64,000 nt of DNA from Waterburya sp. (GTDB lineage Bacteria; Cyanobacteriota; Cyanobacteriia; Cyanobacteriales; Xenococcaceae), in contig CBDCJV010000002.1 in NCBI GenBank assembly GCA_965217895.1, positions 2,336,001 through 2,400,000 of the forward strand, in the 5' to 3' direction. Below, piece by piece: positions 54,287 to 64,000 of the stretch. The notes under the pieces were generated by a model, which worked only from the letters and a program-made list of their open reading frames with translations, searched no databases and had not been told where the DNA came from. Numbering within the stretch: position 1 is the stretch's first letter; every line of letters starts with the position of its first letter. A program made the position numbers and the translations under genes.

Positions 54287-55054
54287 ATGAAAAAGTTAGA
54301 AGAAAAAGTCGCCATCGTCACTGGATCGAGTCGTGGAATCGGTAAAGAGATTGTGATGAGATTGGCTCAGGAAGGAGCTAAAGTAGTTTTCAACTACAGA
54401 AGTAGCCCTAACGAAGCTGAAAAAGTTGTCAGCAAAATTGAGCAGCAGGGTGGCGAAGCCATGGCAATACAGACTGATGTCAGTCAGGTTGACCAAAGTA
54501 AACAGCTAGTCGAACAAACAGTTGAGAAGTACGGCAAGCTAAATATTTTAGTCAGCAATGCAGGTATCGAACATTTCGGAAAACTAGAAGAAATTACCCT
54601 GGAAGATTTTAATCGGGTGTTTTCAGCCAATGTTGCAGGTCAACTATTTGCAGCGCAAGCAGTTGCTCCCTACCTTCCCTCTGGTGGACGTATTGTAATG
54701 ACTTCCTCTGTCAGTGCCAAAATTGCCGTTTTTTATCACACGCTCTATGCTGCCAGCAAAGCTGCGGTTTCAACGATGGTGCGTAATCTGGCTCCCGAAC
54801 TGGGAGAGCGAGGAATTACGATTAATGCAATCGCACCTGGCGGTACAGCAACAGACATGGCAGCAAAAAATGCCAAGAAATACACTCACCCTGCCCTCAA
54901 AGATGTACCGCCCGAAGTTCTATTCAAAACCATAGGTGCATTGCAACGTTTGGCTCAACCAGAAGAAATTGCAGCAGCAGTAGCATTTTTAGTCTCTGAA
55001 GACGCTTCCTATGTCACTGGCAGCACTCTCGCTGTTGACGGCGGAGAGTTTTAA
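54287..55054 (+). CDS. SDR family oxidoreductase
   Basis: TGSSRGIG, SNAG and YAASK. Confidence 0.93.
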   Translation: MKKLEEKVAIVTGSSRGIGKEIVMRLAQEGAKVVFNYRSSPNEAEKVVSKIEQQGGEAMAIQTDVSQVDQSKQLVEQTVEKYGKLNILVSNAGIEHFGKLEEITLEDFNRVFSANVAGQLFAAQAVAPYLPSGGRIVMTSSVSAKIAVFYHTLYAASKAAVSTMVRNLAPELGERGITINAIAPGGTATDMAAKNAKKYTHPALKDVPPEVLFKTIGALQRLAQPEEIAAAVAFLVSEDASYVTGSTLAVDGGEF

Positions 55055-55190
55055 GCGAAGGCACAAAGGGGTACTAGATGCGGATAAATCCTTTCTCGCA
55101 TATAGGCAGCCCTAAAGGATTAGCTAGCGCGTCAGGGCAGAAGGTTGATTGTTCAGATGGAGATTTAACAATTAAACGACCCTAAAGATA

Positions 55191-56063
55191 ATGGAGCAAG
55201 AAGAGAAAATGAAAGTGTTAATGGTAGGAGCAACTGGCACATATGCCAGCCTAATCGTACCTGAGTTAATAAAGCGCGGTGTGACGGTACGGGCGTTGGT
55301 GAGAGACGAAAGTAAATTGGACGTAGCCAAACAACAAGGAGCAAAGGAAATAGCGATCGCCGACCTTCGTGACCCAGATAGTCTCCGTGCAGCAGCTAAA
55401 GGCGTAGATGGCGTTTTTCATATCAATCCAGCCTTTGCAGCCGATGAAGCCGACCTCGGTGTGGCAATGGTCGAAGCTGCTAAAGCAGTTGGTGTTAATA
55501 AGTTTGTCTTCTCTGGTGCTATCCATCCAACCATCTCTAAGATGACTAACCATGCCTCTAAGCAGCCAGTCGAAGAGGCGATGTATGAATCGGGTATGAC
55601 ATTCACCGTATTGCAGCCCACTATGTTTATGCAGACTCTGGGCAGCGGTTGGTCTACCGTACTCGAACAGGGTCGCTTTGTCTTACCCTACTCTAAACAG
55701 GCAAAGGTTTGCTATGTAGACTACCGCGACGTAGCAGAGGCAGCAGCGATCGCACTGAGCGAAGACAAGCTGGACTACGGTACGTTCGAGCTATGCGCCC
55801 CTGGTATGGTCAATCGTCTCGAAATTACCTCAATGATGAGTGAAGCCCTCGGTCGTACCATTGAAGCGGGTGAGATGCCACCAGATAAATGGGCGCAGGT
55901 AGCCCATATTCCAGACGGGTCAATGAAAGAAGGCATGATGCGTATGTTTGCCAACTACGATCGCTACGGCTTTCCTGGTGGTAACGCTTTGGTGCTGCGA
56001 GCCATTCTGGGACGAGAACCCCGCACGCTACGACAGTACATCCAGGAGCTTGCAGCTTCATAA
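55191..56063 (+). CDS. NmrA family NAD(P)-binding protein
   Basis: GATG, VRALVR, K..VEE and VDYRDVAEAA. Confidence 0.88.
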   Translation: MEQEEKMKVLMVGATGTYASLIVPELIKRGVTVRALVRDESKLDVAKQQGAKEIAIADLRDPDSLRAAAKGVDGVFHINPAFAADEADLGVAMVEAAKAVGVNKFVFSGAIHPTISKMTNHASKQPVEEAMYESGMTFTVLQPTMFMQTLGSGWSTVLEQGRFVLPYSKQAKVCYVDYRDVAEAAAIALSEDKLDYGTFELCAPGMVNRLEITSMMSEALGRTIEAGEMPPDKWAQVAHIPDGSMKEGMMRMFANYDRYGFPGGNALVLRAILGREPRTLRQYIQELAAS

Positions 56064-56157
56064 GCTTTGGCAGACAGCACGCGATCGACAATCCTACTGT
56101 AATACAGTGCCGTGCTATTGCACATTTTTTAACAAACCAATTTATTAGAGATCGACA

Positions 56158-57057
56158 ATGCTATCACTAAAATATTGTTCTACTACAAATCCTCAGCAAG
56201 TTCCACCACAAGTTCAACCACGATGGAATTGTCAGCCTCTTTTGTCTAGCACAGGTTTAAATTGGCAGAACATTCAGTTCGATTATTATCGGCATTGTCA
56301 ATATGTTTTGCCTCAAAATCACAACTCACAGCATTTGTTAAAGATTTTTCTCTCTGAAGGTGAAATTAAAGGAAGTTTAAACGGTCGAGAATGGACTGAA
56401 AATGTTTCTGCTGGTGATATAGCTATTATTCCTGCTAACACTGATTATTGTGCTGATTTTGAAAGCGAAATTGAATTTATCTTACTTTCACTTCAACCAA
56501 ATCTATTGAGAGATCTAGCGATAAATAAAGCTAATACCACAGTACAAATCCTGCCCCAGTTTACAGTAAAAGATCCTTTGATTTCTGGTATTGCTACAAC
56601 GCTTAAAACCCAATTAGAAAACAACCGCGACTCATGTTCTGACTATGCACGGATTTTAGCTAATGCGATCGCCATTCACCTATTCAAAAAATACTCCAAA
56701 CCATCATTTGCTGTAAATAATACTTGCAAAAGCGTAACTGAAAAAAAAATACAGGTCGTACTGGATTACATTGACCAGAATATAGACGAAAAACTGACTC
56801 TAAGCTCAATTGCCAAGCAGGTGAACCTTAGTAAATATTATCTGTGTCGCTTATTTTCCAGACATCTAGATATATCACCGCACCAGTACATCATCCAAAA
56901 GCGAATTATTCAATCGAAGCAGTTACTCAAACAAGAATTATCCATGCAGATCGTTGATATTGCTTTCGACTGCGGTTTTGCCAGTCATAGTCACTTCAAT
57001 CGGCAGTTTAACAAAAATGTTGGCATGAGTCCCAAAGCCTATCGTCATGCTGTATAG
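56158..57057 (+). CDS. AraC family transcriptional regulator
   Basis: LS.IA...LSKYY..R.F and IAFDCGFASHSHFNRQF...GMSPKAYR. Confidence 0.93.
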   Translation: MLSLKYCSTTNPQQVPPQVQPRWNCQPLLSSTGLNWQNIQFDYYRHCQYVLPQNHNSQHLLKIFLSEGEIKGSLNGREWTENVSAGDIAIIPANTDYCADFESEIEFILLSLQPNLLRDLAINKANTTVQILPQFTVKDPLISGIATTLKTQLENNRDSCSDYARILANAIAIHLFKKYSKPSFAVNNTCKSVTEKKIQVVLDYIDQNIDEKLTLSSIAKQVNLSKYYLCRLFSRHLDISPHQYIIQKRIIQSKQLLKQELSMQIVDIAFDCGFASHSHFNRQFNKNVGMSPKAYRHAV

Positions 57058-57216
57058 GTGCAATAAATGCAACTTTTGAAAGACAATTCATCTAGATAAT
57101 ATTAGAGTTTTTGGAGAGAAAATATATCAATAACATTGTAGCTAGATTACAGGGCACACTTTTCCTGCTAGTGGTGGGTATGTGTAAATTAGCTTTTAGC
57201 TTCTAGCCTTTAGCTT

Positions 57217-57535
57217 TTTGTGCTGCAATATGTTCAGCCAAGACTTGAGAATTAATGGATGGTTCAGTCTCGTCTTTAGCACCCTTGTTTGCTGCTGCTT
57301 ACGCCACGCACAACGCTCACACTGCTTTTATTGTTTGGCTTGCCACAGCGGTTGGAGCAGGGATCAGTATGGCTTTTGCTGAAGCATTGTCAGACGACGG
57401 AAAAGTTAGCGGTCGCGGTAAACCTTGGATACGAGGACTTGTGTGTGGAGGAATAATGCTGATTGGGGGAATAGGACATACACTGCCGTTTTTACTCAAA
57501 AACTTCTGGGTCGCAGTTTGGATTGCCTTTGCACC
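57217..57535 (+). pseudogene. Fragment of the VIT1/CCC1 domain of an MbfA-type iron exporter
   Basis: FVLQYVQP (shifted) MDGSVSSLAPLFAAAYAT...GAGISMAFAEALSDDG.VSGRG.PWIRG; both ends missing. Confidence 0.8.
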
Positions 57536-57578
57536 CTCTGCCCTCTGCCTTCAAAGGCGAAGCCCGATAATTTGCATA

Positions 57579-57759
57579 TAACTAAAGTCAGAGATTTATT
57601 TATCTCAGTTAAAGACTAGTCGAAAGTCAAGGTGATAACCTATTTTTTGCCTAGGGCGAGTCAGAAGTATTTTTAATAGGATGAAATCAAGTATTAGACT
57701 GAGCTAACGATAAGTTTGGCACAGTTCTTTTTAGATTTTTAGCAATATTAAACCAGATT
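57579..57759 (+). promoter_or_regulatory. Promoter block copy 2
   Basis: taactaaagtcagaga...actagtcgaaagtcaaggtgataacct...aataggatgaaatc...agcaatattaaa. Confidence 0.7.
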
Positions 57760-57780
57760 AGTGAGGTAGAAGCTCATATT

Positions 57781-59454
57781 ATGACTACTTTAAAAATAAA
57801 ACCCGTTTTAATTGTGGGCGCAGGACCCACAGGCATGACGGCAGCAATAGAACTAAGCCGCTTTGGTATTCCCGTGCGGCTGGTGGAAAAAAGGGATGAG
57901 CCAGCGACCACTTCACGCGCCGTAGGGGTACAGGCACGTACCCTAGAACTCTTTGAACAGCGGGGAATGGCTGAAAAGATGCTGGAGGTTGGTAATAAAG
58001 CCCCAGGTGCCAGCATTCACGGCGGTGGCAAACGAATCGCTCGGCTCGAATACTCCCATATTGACAGCAATTACGGCTACACTCTCTTTATCTCACAAGC
58101 GGAAACAGAGCGTATTTTGAGAGAGCAGCTTGCTGAACAGAACGTCCCGATTGAATGGAGCGTAGAGATGATCGCCTTTGCACAGGCAGAATCGCACTCG
58201 TCTGGTCTTCCTGGTAGCGTGTCGGCTACCCTTCGCCATGGAGATGGTTCGCTAGAAGAAGTGGAAGCCTCCTATATGATTAGTGCCGAGGGAGCGCACA
58301 GCAAGGCTCGTAAAACCCTTGGACTGGATTTTCACGGCAAAGCTCTCCCAGAAAGTTACGCCCTAGGTGATTTCTACCTTGATGGCGACCTGACCGAAAG
58401 CGATATGCATATCTTCTCCTCCGAGTACGGCTTTATGGGAATGTTCCCCATGGGCGATCGCCGCTGGCGCGTAATTGCCAGCAACCCTCTTAGTGAGCCG
58501 AGTAAAGATACTAAGCCCGAACTTGACGAGCTGCAAAAGATCTATGATATGCGAGCGGAGATTCCGGCCAAGTTCCGAGATTTGCAATGGAGTTCGTGGT
58601 TTCATATCAACAGTCGCATGACAGACTGTCTCCAAGACGAGCAAATCTTCCTGGGGGGCGATTCGGCGCATATCCACAGTCCAGCAGGAGCGCAAGGGAT
58701 GAACACGGGCATTCAAGACGCGATCGATTTGGGTTGGAAACTGGCGATGGTGCTGCAAGGTAAAGCGGCAAACCATCTTCTCGATACCTACGGCGAAGAC
58801 CGCCTTCCAGTTATCCACAGCGTACTAGAAGGAACAGAAGGACTGACTAGACTCATTGGTTCCCAAAATCCCGCTGTACGAACCGCCGTCTCTCACATCG
58901 CGCCGATGCTTATGGGTACTGAGTTTGTCCAGACTAAAAGCACCACGACGCTGAGCCAGATTGGGTTGAACTATCGTGAAAGTTCGCTCTCACAAACTCA
59001 CGAGCATCACGGGTCTGTGCGAGCGGGCGATCGCCTTCGGGATCTTGATGTTACCGTGTTGAACAAGCCTCATGATGAAAAACAGAATATCGCCGAACAG
59101 AACCCAACCCCAGCCAAGCTTTTTAGCCTGATCGACCCCTCTATGTTGACGCTGCTGTACGTAAATATCGCCGATCCACAGTCTCTACACGATCGAGTGC
59201 AGAAACAGCTAGAGCCTTGGCAAGACATAATTAACGGCTATCAGATTGCCCCCCCAGCACCCGACTCTGGACAGCAAAAACACTTTACCGACAACTTTGG
59301 TAGTGCGCCGATCCTAGTTTTGGTTCGCCCCGATTCTTACATCGGCTTTACTGCTGGTGCAAACTCTCTGCCAAAACTCGTCACCTACTTACAAAAATGG
59401 TTCATGCCTAACAATAAGCAAACTACCCAAAAAACCCATGCAAAGTCCCACTAA
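57781..59454 (+). CDS. FAD-dependent monooxygenase (PheA/TfdB-like)
   Basis: VGAGPTG, SRA.GVQARTLE, GDSAHIHSPAGAQGMNTGIQDA and LVRPD.YI. Confidence 0.92.
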   Translation: MTTLKIKPVLIVGAGPTGMTAAIELSRFGIPVRLVEKRDEPATTSRAVGVQARTLELFEQRGMAEKMLEVGNKAPGASIHGGGKRIARLEYSHIDSNYGYTLFISQAETERILREQLAEQNVPIEWSVEMIAFAQAESHSSGLPGSVSATLRHGDGSLEEVEASYMISAEGAHSKARKTLGLDFHGKALPESYALGDFYLDGDLTESDMHIFSSEYGFMGMFPMGDRRWRVIASNPLSEPSKDTKPELDELQKIYDMRAEIPAKFRDLQWSSWFHINSRMTDCLQDEQIFLGGDSAHIHSPAGAQGMNTGIQDAIDLGWKLAMVLQGKAANHLLDTYGEDRLPVIHSVLEGTEGLTRLIGSQNPAVRTAVSHIAPMLMGTEFVQTKSTTTLSQIGLNYRESSLSQTHEHHGSVRAGDRLRDLDVTVLNKPHDEKQNIAEQNPTPAKLFSLIDPSMLTLLYVNIADPQSLHDRVQKQLEPWQDIINGYQIAPPAPDSGQQKHFTDNFGSAPILVLVRPDSYIGFTAGANSLPKLVTYLQKWFMPNNKQTTQKTHAKSH

Positions 59455-60022
59455 AATATCAGCCCAAGATGTGCAGTTGCTCTTTATCGATCTACAACCC
59501 CAAATCGTTCAGCGGAGTAAAACCACCGACCCCAAAGCGATCGCCCAGTCGGCAGCCGTGCTAGCACAATTAGCAAAAGTATTTTCACTGCCGCTCACCA
59601 TTACCATCGTCCCAGAGGCAGAAGAGGGGAAAGACCCAGGAAGTATTCCAGAACTTGTCAAAGAAGCTGCTGAAGCATCCCAAATTCTGCGTGCGAGTCC
59701 CGACCCTTTCCTAGATGAGAAAGTAAAGCAGACCCTAGCCGATAACGATCGCAAAACGCTAGTCATTTCTGGCTTCGCCACCGAAGCTGCCGTTATTCAC
59801 GCCGTCGTCGGAGCTATTGAAGCGGGCTATCGGGCGATCGTTCCTATAGATGCCTGTGGCGGTATGTCGGAGCGAACAGAATCAGCGGCACTACGCCAGA
59901 TCGAAGCGGTGGGTGGAGAGGTAACTTCTACCGTTACCATCGCGACTTCACTAGAACCCGACCTTAAAACAGATTTAGGTCAGAAAATGTTCGGCGTGCT
60001 TCAGCAACTTCGGTTGGCATAA
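59438..60022 (+). CDS. Isochorismatase-like hydrolase
   Basis: LLFIDLQP, SGFATEAAV and DACGG; start taken at MQSPTK. Confidence 0.85.
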   Translation: MQSPTKISAQDVQLLFIDLQPQIVQRSKTTDPKAIAQSAAVLAQLAKVFSLPLTITIVPEAEEGKDPGSIPELVKEAAEASQILRASPDPFLDEKVKQTLADNDRKTLVISGFATEAAVIHAVVGAIEAGYRAIVPIDACGGMSERTESAALRQIEAVGGEVTSTVTIATSLEPDLKTDLGQKMFGVLQQLRLA

Positions 60023-60121
60023 GGGGCTTCGCCCCAGCTATAAGCCATAAGCTATAAGCTTCAATCATTTTGTTAGCGAACAAGACAATCACAAATCAAA
60101 AGTTAAGAACAAGGGTTCATT

Positions 60122-60403
60122 ATGTCACCATTCACACTGGCTACACTTTCTTACCGAAATGAACCCCGCGCAGCAATCGGTGTTGAGGGCAGCTACTATC
60201 TCATTCACGAGCTTCAGCCAGAGCAGCATTCTACAGTGCGATCGCTTCTTAATAATTGGTCAACCTCATTTCCCATACTTGAAGAGCTGGTAGGTTGCAT
60301 TATCTCAGGCAAAGTAAGCACCGTTGCTCCCATTAAACAGAGCGAGGTGAAATTCAAGACGCCAGTGAAGAAGCCCAGAAGCAAAAAGGCTTCGATCCCA
60401 TAA
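60122..60403 (+). pseudogene. N-terminal fragment resembling fumarylacetoacetate-hydrolase family proteins
   Basis: F.LAT...V..LL..W....L....V.F.TPV; breaks off where the catalytic domain would begin. Confidence 0.5.
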
Positions 60404-60516
60404 CCATTGCCGTAGATGACCGCACCGCTCTTGAAGCCTGGGGCAAGTACCTGGATGAACTCAACATCGAGCATTCACCTGTCACTACTGCGATTCAAGC
60501 ATGGTTAATTGTATAA
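60367..60516 (+). pseudogene. Internal fragment of a VOC/glyoxalase family gene
   Basis: EEAQKQKGFDPITIAVDDRTALEAWGKYLDELNIEHSPVTTAIQAWLIV*, in a different frame and without a start. Confidence 0.6.
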
Positions 60517-60989
60517 AACTAATATAACTAGGTTAAAGCTTTGCACGAAAAGAGTTTTAGGGTTTTAGGTATCTGTGTAAGCGATCGCAAAAGAAATTGA
60601 AGGCTCAACTTCTCACTTTGCAAGGGTTGTGCTGAAATATTACACGGTTGAATAATTAACTTAATTTAAATTAAAGCGTCTTGGAAAGAGACAGCCAGCC
60701 AAAGGCAATACCCTATATTATTTAACCTATCTGATATCAGCTCCTCACACTTTCAATGATAGAGAATTTGCCCTAAACTGGCTCTTTTGGAGATGTTTGC
60801 TAGCTTGTTTCTGGTATAGGTATTAAATTTTAAGATCAACTATTTATACGCTGGCGTAATTCTTGATTGATAACTAGATTTCTGACTAGAAGCAATAAAT
60901 GTGCGCCTATATGGCGAACATGGTCATAACAGGATCTATGCTGGAAACAACAATGACTTTTTGTTCTCCAGGGTGTTTGATCGCGATCG

Positions 60990-61400
60990 CTAGTCGTAGA
61001 CATCGCTTTTGGCATCCGATCTTGTATACCAATATGCCCAAGCAATGAGTACAAATTGAAACGGCAGCCTAATTGCTTGAAACCAGTCACCATCAGGAAC
61101 ATTATCAAGATGGATATTATTGACCGCCATATTTATATTAGCTGGATAGACAGCAATCAGCAGCAATACTAAACCCCAAGCAGCAGCTTGACTAACCAAA
61201 GGAATTAATAAACCAATGCCGCCTAAGATTTCAAAAAAACCGCTGATATAGACAATAGCTTCGGGATAGGGTAGCTGTGGTGGCACAATCTTGACGTAAG
61301 TGTCGGGGGCGATAAAATGAGTAATTCCTGCCACAATCATACAAACGGCAAACACGCCTTTCAATGTTTGTTTTTTTTCCAAGATTAAATCTGTCATCAT
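60990..61400 (-). CDS. DoxX family membrane protein
   Basis: AGITHF, IVPPQLP, SGFFEILGG.GLL, VYPANI.MA and RLPFQ. Confidence 0.9.
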   Translation of the reverse strand: MMTDLILEKKQTLKGVFAVCMIVAGITHFIAPDTYVKIVPPQLPYPEAIVYISGFFEILGGIGLLIPLVSQAAAWGLVLLLIAVYPANINMAVNNIHLDNVPDGDWFQAIRLPFQFVLIAWAYWYTRSDAKSDVYD

Positions 61401-61451
61401 TTAAATACTAATTATTAAGGCGGACAATTGCCCGCCTGTAATACAAAGGTT

Positions 61452-62318
61452 TTAAGCGTTAACTACCGCACCACCATTAGGATGTAATACTTGTCCTGCA
61501 AAGTAAGAAGAATCTTCTGAAGCCAAGAAAACAAAACTAGTTGCAACCTCTACAGGTTGTCCTGGACGTTTCATTGGTACCTGTTTGCCAAATCCTTCTA
61601 CTTGTTCGGCAGGGAAGGCATCAGGAATAAAAGGAGTCCAAATTGGACCAGGAGCAACACCATTGACGCGAATGCCTTTTTTAAGGAGAGATTGGGACAA
61701 AGAGCGAGTAAAGGCTAAAATTGCACCTTTGGTAGTGGAATAGCTAAGTAAAGGTGCATTGCCTTTATAAGCATTAATTGAGGTGGTGTTAATAATTGCA
61801 CTACCTTCTTTTAGGTGAGGGATGGCTGCTTTGCAAAAATAGAACATGGCAAAGATATTAGTACTGAAGATACTGCCCAAACGCGCCGAGTCGATATCTT
61901 CGAGTGTTTCAGGATTTTCCATGTACTGTTCGGCAGCATTGTTAACCAAGATATCTAGCTTGCCTAGTTCGTCTACAGTTTTTTGTACTGCTTCAGCGCA
62001 AAATTGTTCGCCACTAATATCACCAGGAATTAGTAAGCATTTTTGACCTTCGGCTTCTACTAGTTCTTTAGTTTTTTTGGCATCTTCATGCTCGTCGAGG
62101 TAAACAATAGCAACATCAGCACCTTCTTTAGCATAGAGTACGGCTACTGAACGACCGATACCACTATCGCCACCAGTAATCAGGGCAACTTTTCCCTTTA
62201 GTTTATCGCTACCTTTGTAGCTATCGCGATCGTATATCGGTTTAGGAGTCATTTCTGACTCGTGGGCTGGTTGCTTATCTTGAGCTTGAGCGGGAATTTG
62301 ATCGGCAGAAATAGTCAT
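61452..62318 (-). CDS. SDR oxidoreductase (YhdF / general stress protein 39-like)
   Basis: YKGSDKLKGKVALITGGDSGIGR, NNAAEQ, YSTTK and VAPGPIWTP. Confidence 0.93.
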   Translation of the reverse strand: MTISADQIPAQAQDKQPAHESEMTPKPIYDRDSYKGSDKLKGKVALITGGDSGIGRSVAVLYAKEGADVAIVYLDEHEDAKKTKELVEAEGQKCLLIPGDISGEQFCAEAVQKTVDELGKLDILVNNAAEQYMENPETLEDIDSARLGSIFSTNIFAMFYFCKAAIPHLKEGSAIINTTSINAYKGNAPLLSYSTTKGAILAFTRSLSQSLLKKGIRVNGVAPGPIWTPFIPDAFPAEQVEGFGKQVPMKRPGQPVEVATSFVFLASEDSSYFAGQVLHPNGGAVVNA

Positions 62319-62501
62319 AATTTTATATTTTTCAACATTCTCTAAAAACGTTAATGAAAAATAATCTTAAATAGTATGAGTCTAAAGTAATATTTTTTTT
62401 AATTTAGCCATCTTCAAAAACTATGGCTTTTGATGGAGTGTTTACCAGGAAATTTTTGGCTTAATAAAAAGTAATACCGAAATTTACAGAAATAAGAATT
62501 T

Positions 62502-62900
62502 ATGTCAGAACAAAAAGCAGAAGCAAAAGTAATTTCCGATGCCAAGGAAAAGCTAGGCGAAGTAATTCCAACACCCCCTGAAGCTACTCCCAAAGCCAGC
62601 GCACAGTCGCTAAAAGAACGGCTGCAATGGGGTGAACCAGGCTTGACTATTATAGATGCGCGCGATCGCGAATCTTACCTTGATGAACGCATAACAGGTT
62701 CGATGCTGGTTGAAGAAGTGGATAGTCTTTCTAAAAATCGCGAAATTTACATTTACAGCAACACAGATCGAGAAGCAGCAGAAGCAGCAGACAATCTACG
62801 TCAAGCTGGTTTTGAAAGCGTATCTCAATTGCAGGGTGGCTTGGCAGGTTGGAAGGCAATTCTAGGTGCGACAGAAGGCAGATCCGCCACAGCGCAGTAG
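62502..62900 (+). CDS. Rhodanese-like domain protein
   Basis: WGEPGLTIIDAR, RITGS and LQGGLAGW; no catalytic Cys. Confidence 0.87.
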   Translation: MSEQKAEAKVISDAKEKLGEVIPTPPEATPKASAQSLKERLQWGEPGLTIIDARDRESYLDERITGSMLVEEVDSLSKNREIYIYSNTDREAAEAADNLRQAGFESVSQLQGGLAGWKAILGATEGRSATAQ

Positions 62901-63121
62901 TTTCTATTCCAATTATTCTCAGGTGAATAGTGGTCTTAGATCAGCAACTATAAACTATATGTAGTTGCTATTTACTATTTATTTGGAGTATATCTGGGGA
63001 AAAAATAACTTAGCAGCTTGACAATTCATCATAGCTGTGAATATCTTAACAATTATCCATCAAAACTCTTTACATTTTTATTGAGTTTGCCAAAAATAAC
63101 ATAGACAAATTAAGGACATTC

Positions 63122-63787
63122 TTGACAATGAACAAATTAACTATTAGTAGCTTATTATTATTATTCTCTACTGCATTTGCCGTTCCCAAAGCGATCGCCC
63201 AAACACCAGATCAGCCAAATGATACTAGAGTTGAGAAATATGAAGATCTAACCCAACCTGAAGTTTCTCAATCTGAGATGGAAACAACTGAAATGGAACA
63301 AGGGGAAATGAAACATGGCGAAGGTATGGGGACAGAAGGCGCTCAACCACCAACTACCCGTACAGAAGAAAAGCAAGACGAGGCTCAATCTGGAGATATG
63401 CAGTCTGGAGATATGCAGTCTGGAGGTATGCAGTCTGGGGAAGATATGGGAACAGAAGGCGCTCAACCACCAACTACCCGTACAGAAGAAAAGCAAGACG
63501 AGGCTCAATCTGGAGATATGCAGTCTGGAGGTATGCAGTCTGGAGGTATGGATGTACGTCGTACTGAGGCATTTAATTTAGTAAGTTCGGCATACAGAGG
63601 TGACTTTGAGAAGCAAGGTATTAATGGCTATCAAGTATTAATTAGTAATTATGAGCAAGGTCAATTAACTGCTGAGGACTTAATTAAAGCAGGCATTGAT
63701 TCTGGAGAGGTATCTCCTAGCGCAATGAAAGATGATTCTTATATTGAAGCCGTAGATTCCCAATTAATGTCATTAACTAATCGATAA
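63122..63787 (+). CDS. Secreted acidic protein with internal tandem repeats
   Basis: Signal peptide; MGTEGAQPPTTRTEEKQDEAQSG(D/G)MQSG x2; C-terminal FNLV..AYRG...QGI.GY domain. Confidence 0.8.
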   Translation: MTMNKLTISSLLLLFSTAFAVPKAIAQTPDQPNDTRVEKYEDLTQPEVSQSEMETTEMEQGEMKHGEGMGTEGAQPPTTRTEEKQDEAQSGDMQSGDMQSGGMQSGEDMGTEGAQPPTTRTEEKQDEAQSGDMQSGGMQSGGMDVRRTEAFNLVSSAYRGDFEKQGINGYQVLISNYEQGQLTAEDLIKAGIDSGEVSPSAMKDDSYIEAVDSQLMSLTNR

Positions 63788-63909
63788 CATAATCAACAAC
63801 ATAGGTTTTTTACCAAGCCCTTTTGGTTGAAGTCAAATATCGTAATAAATTGCTAGACATTTAGTCCTAGCGTAGTGTCTAGCCAATATATTCTCACAAA
63901 AAGGAAAAT

Positions 63910-64000
63910 ATGAATACTGGTGAAGAGAAGTTTGCTCAGACAGACCCCATTACAGAGATTAACAAAGCCGATGATGAGATGAATGATGTTGACAAGCTAG
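63910..64000 (+). CDS. Start of a hypothetical acidic protein (runs off the window edge)
   Basis: aagga RBS then MNTGEEKFAQTDPITEINKADDEMNDVDKL, open to the edge. Confidence 0.5.
   Translation, partial: MNTGEEKFAQTDPITEINKADDEMNDVDKL

Noticed and set aside
60836..61108. 90-aa ORF
   Set aside because: Overlaps doxX out of frame; no recognisable family.

Overview
AT-rich cyanobacterial chromosome segment. The cyanobacterial origin is shown by dense HIP1 GCGATCGC octamers and the apc/pet genes; a Pleurocapsales-like host is only an impression. Core genes: fabF-like, cyclophilin, rtcB, lgt, cobM, moeB, apcE-apcA-apcB-apcC, petC-petA, purK, pds-crtB, YggT, a sensor kinase, tldD / pdhB / tldE, Tic20, a GST, zwf, glnB and pyrF. 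Accessory DNA: (1) a decayed IS630; (2) a frameshifted REP-associated tyrosine transposase (RAYT) with GTAG-type REP hairpins around a pentapeptide gene; (3) a decayed ISAs1 that has taken up three hairpin-rich insertions; (4) several MITEs and nested palindromic mini-elements; (5) a ~5.5 kb array of 6-7 toxin-antitoxin-like cassettes separated by reshuffled HIP1-bounded spacer modules (44.2-49.8 kb), the best candidate for an undescribed system; (6) a partly decayed redox/stress island (50.8-60.5 kb) with a NarL-type two-component pair, a duplicated ~180 bp promoter and an Fe-SOD with altered gateway residues. No rRNA, tRNA or CRISPR array was seen. All family calls come from motif recognition by eye, not from database searches.
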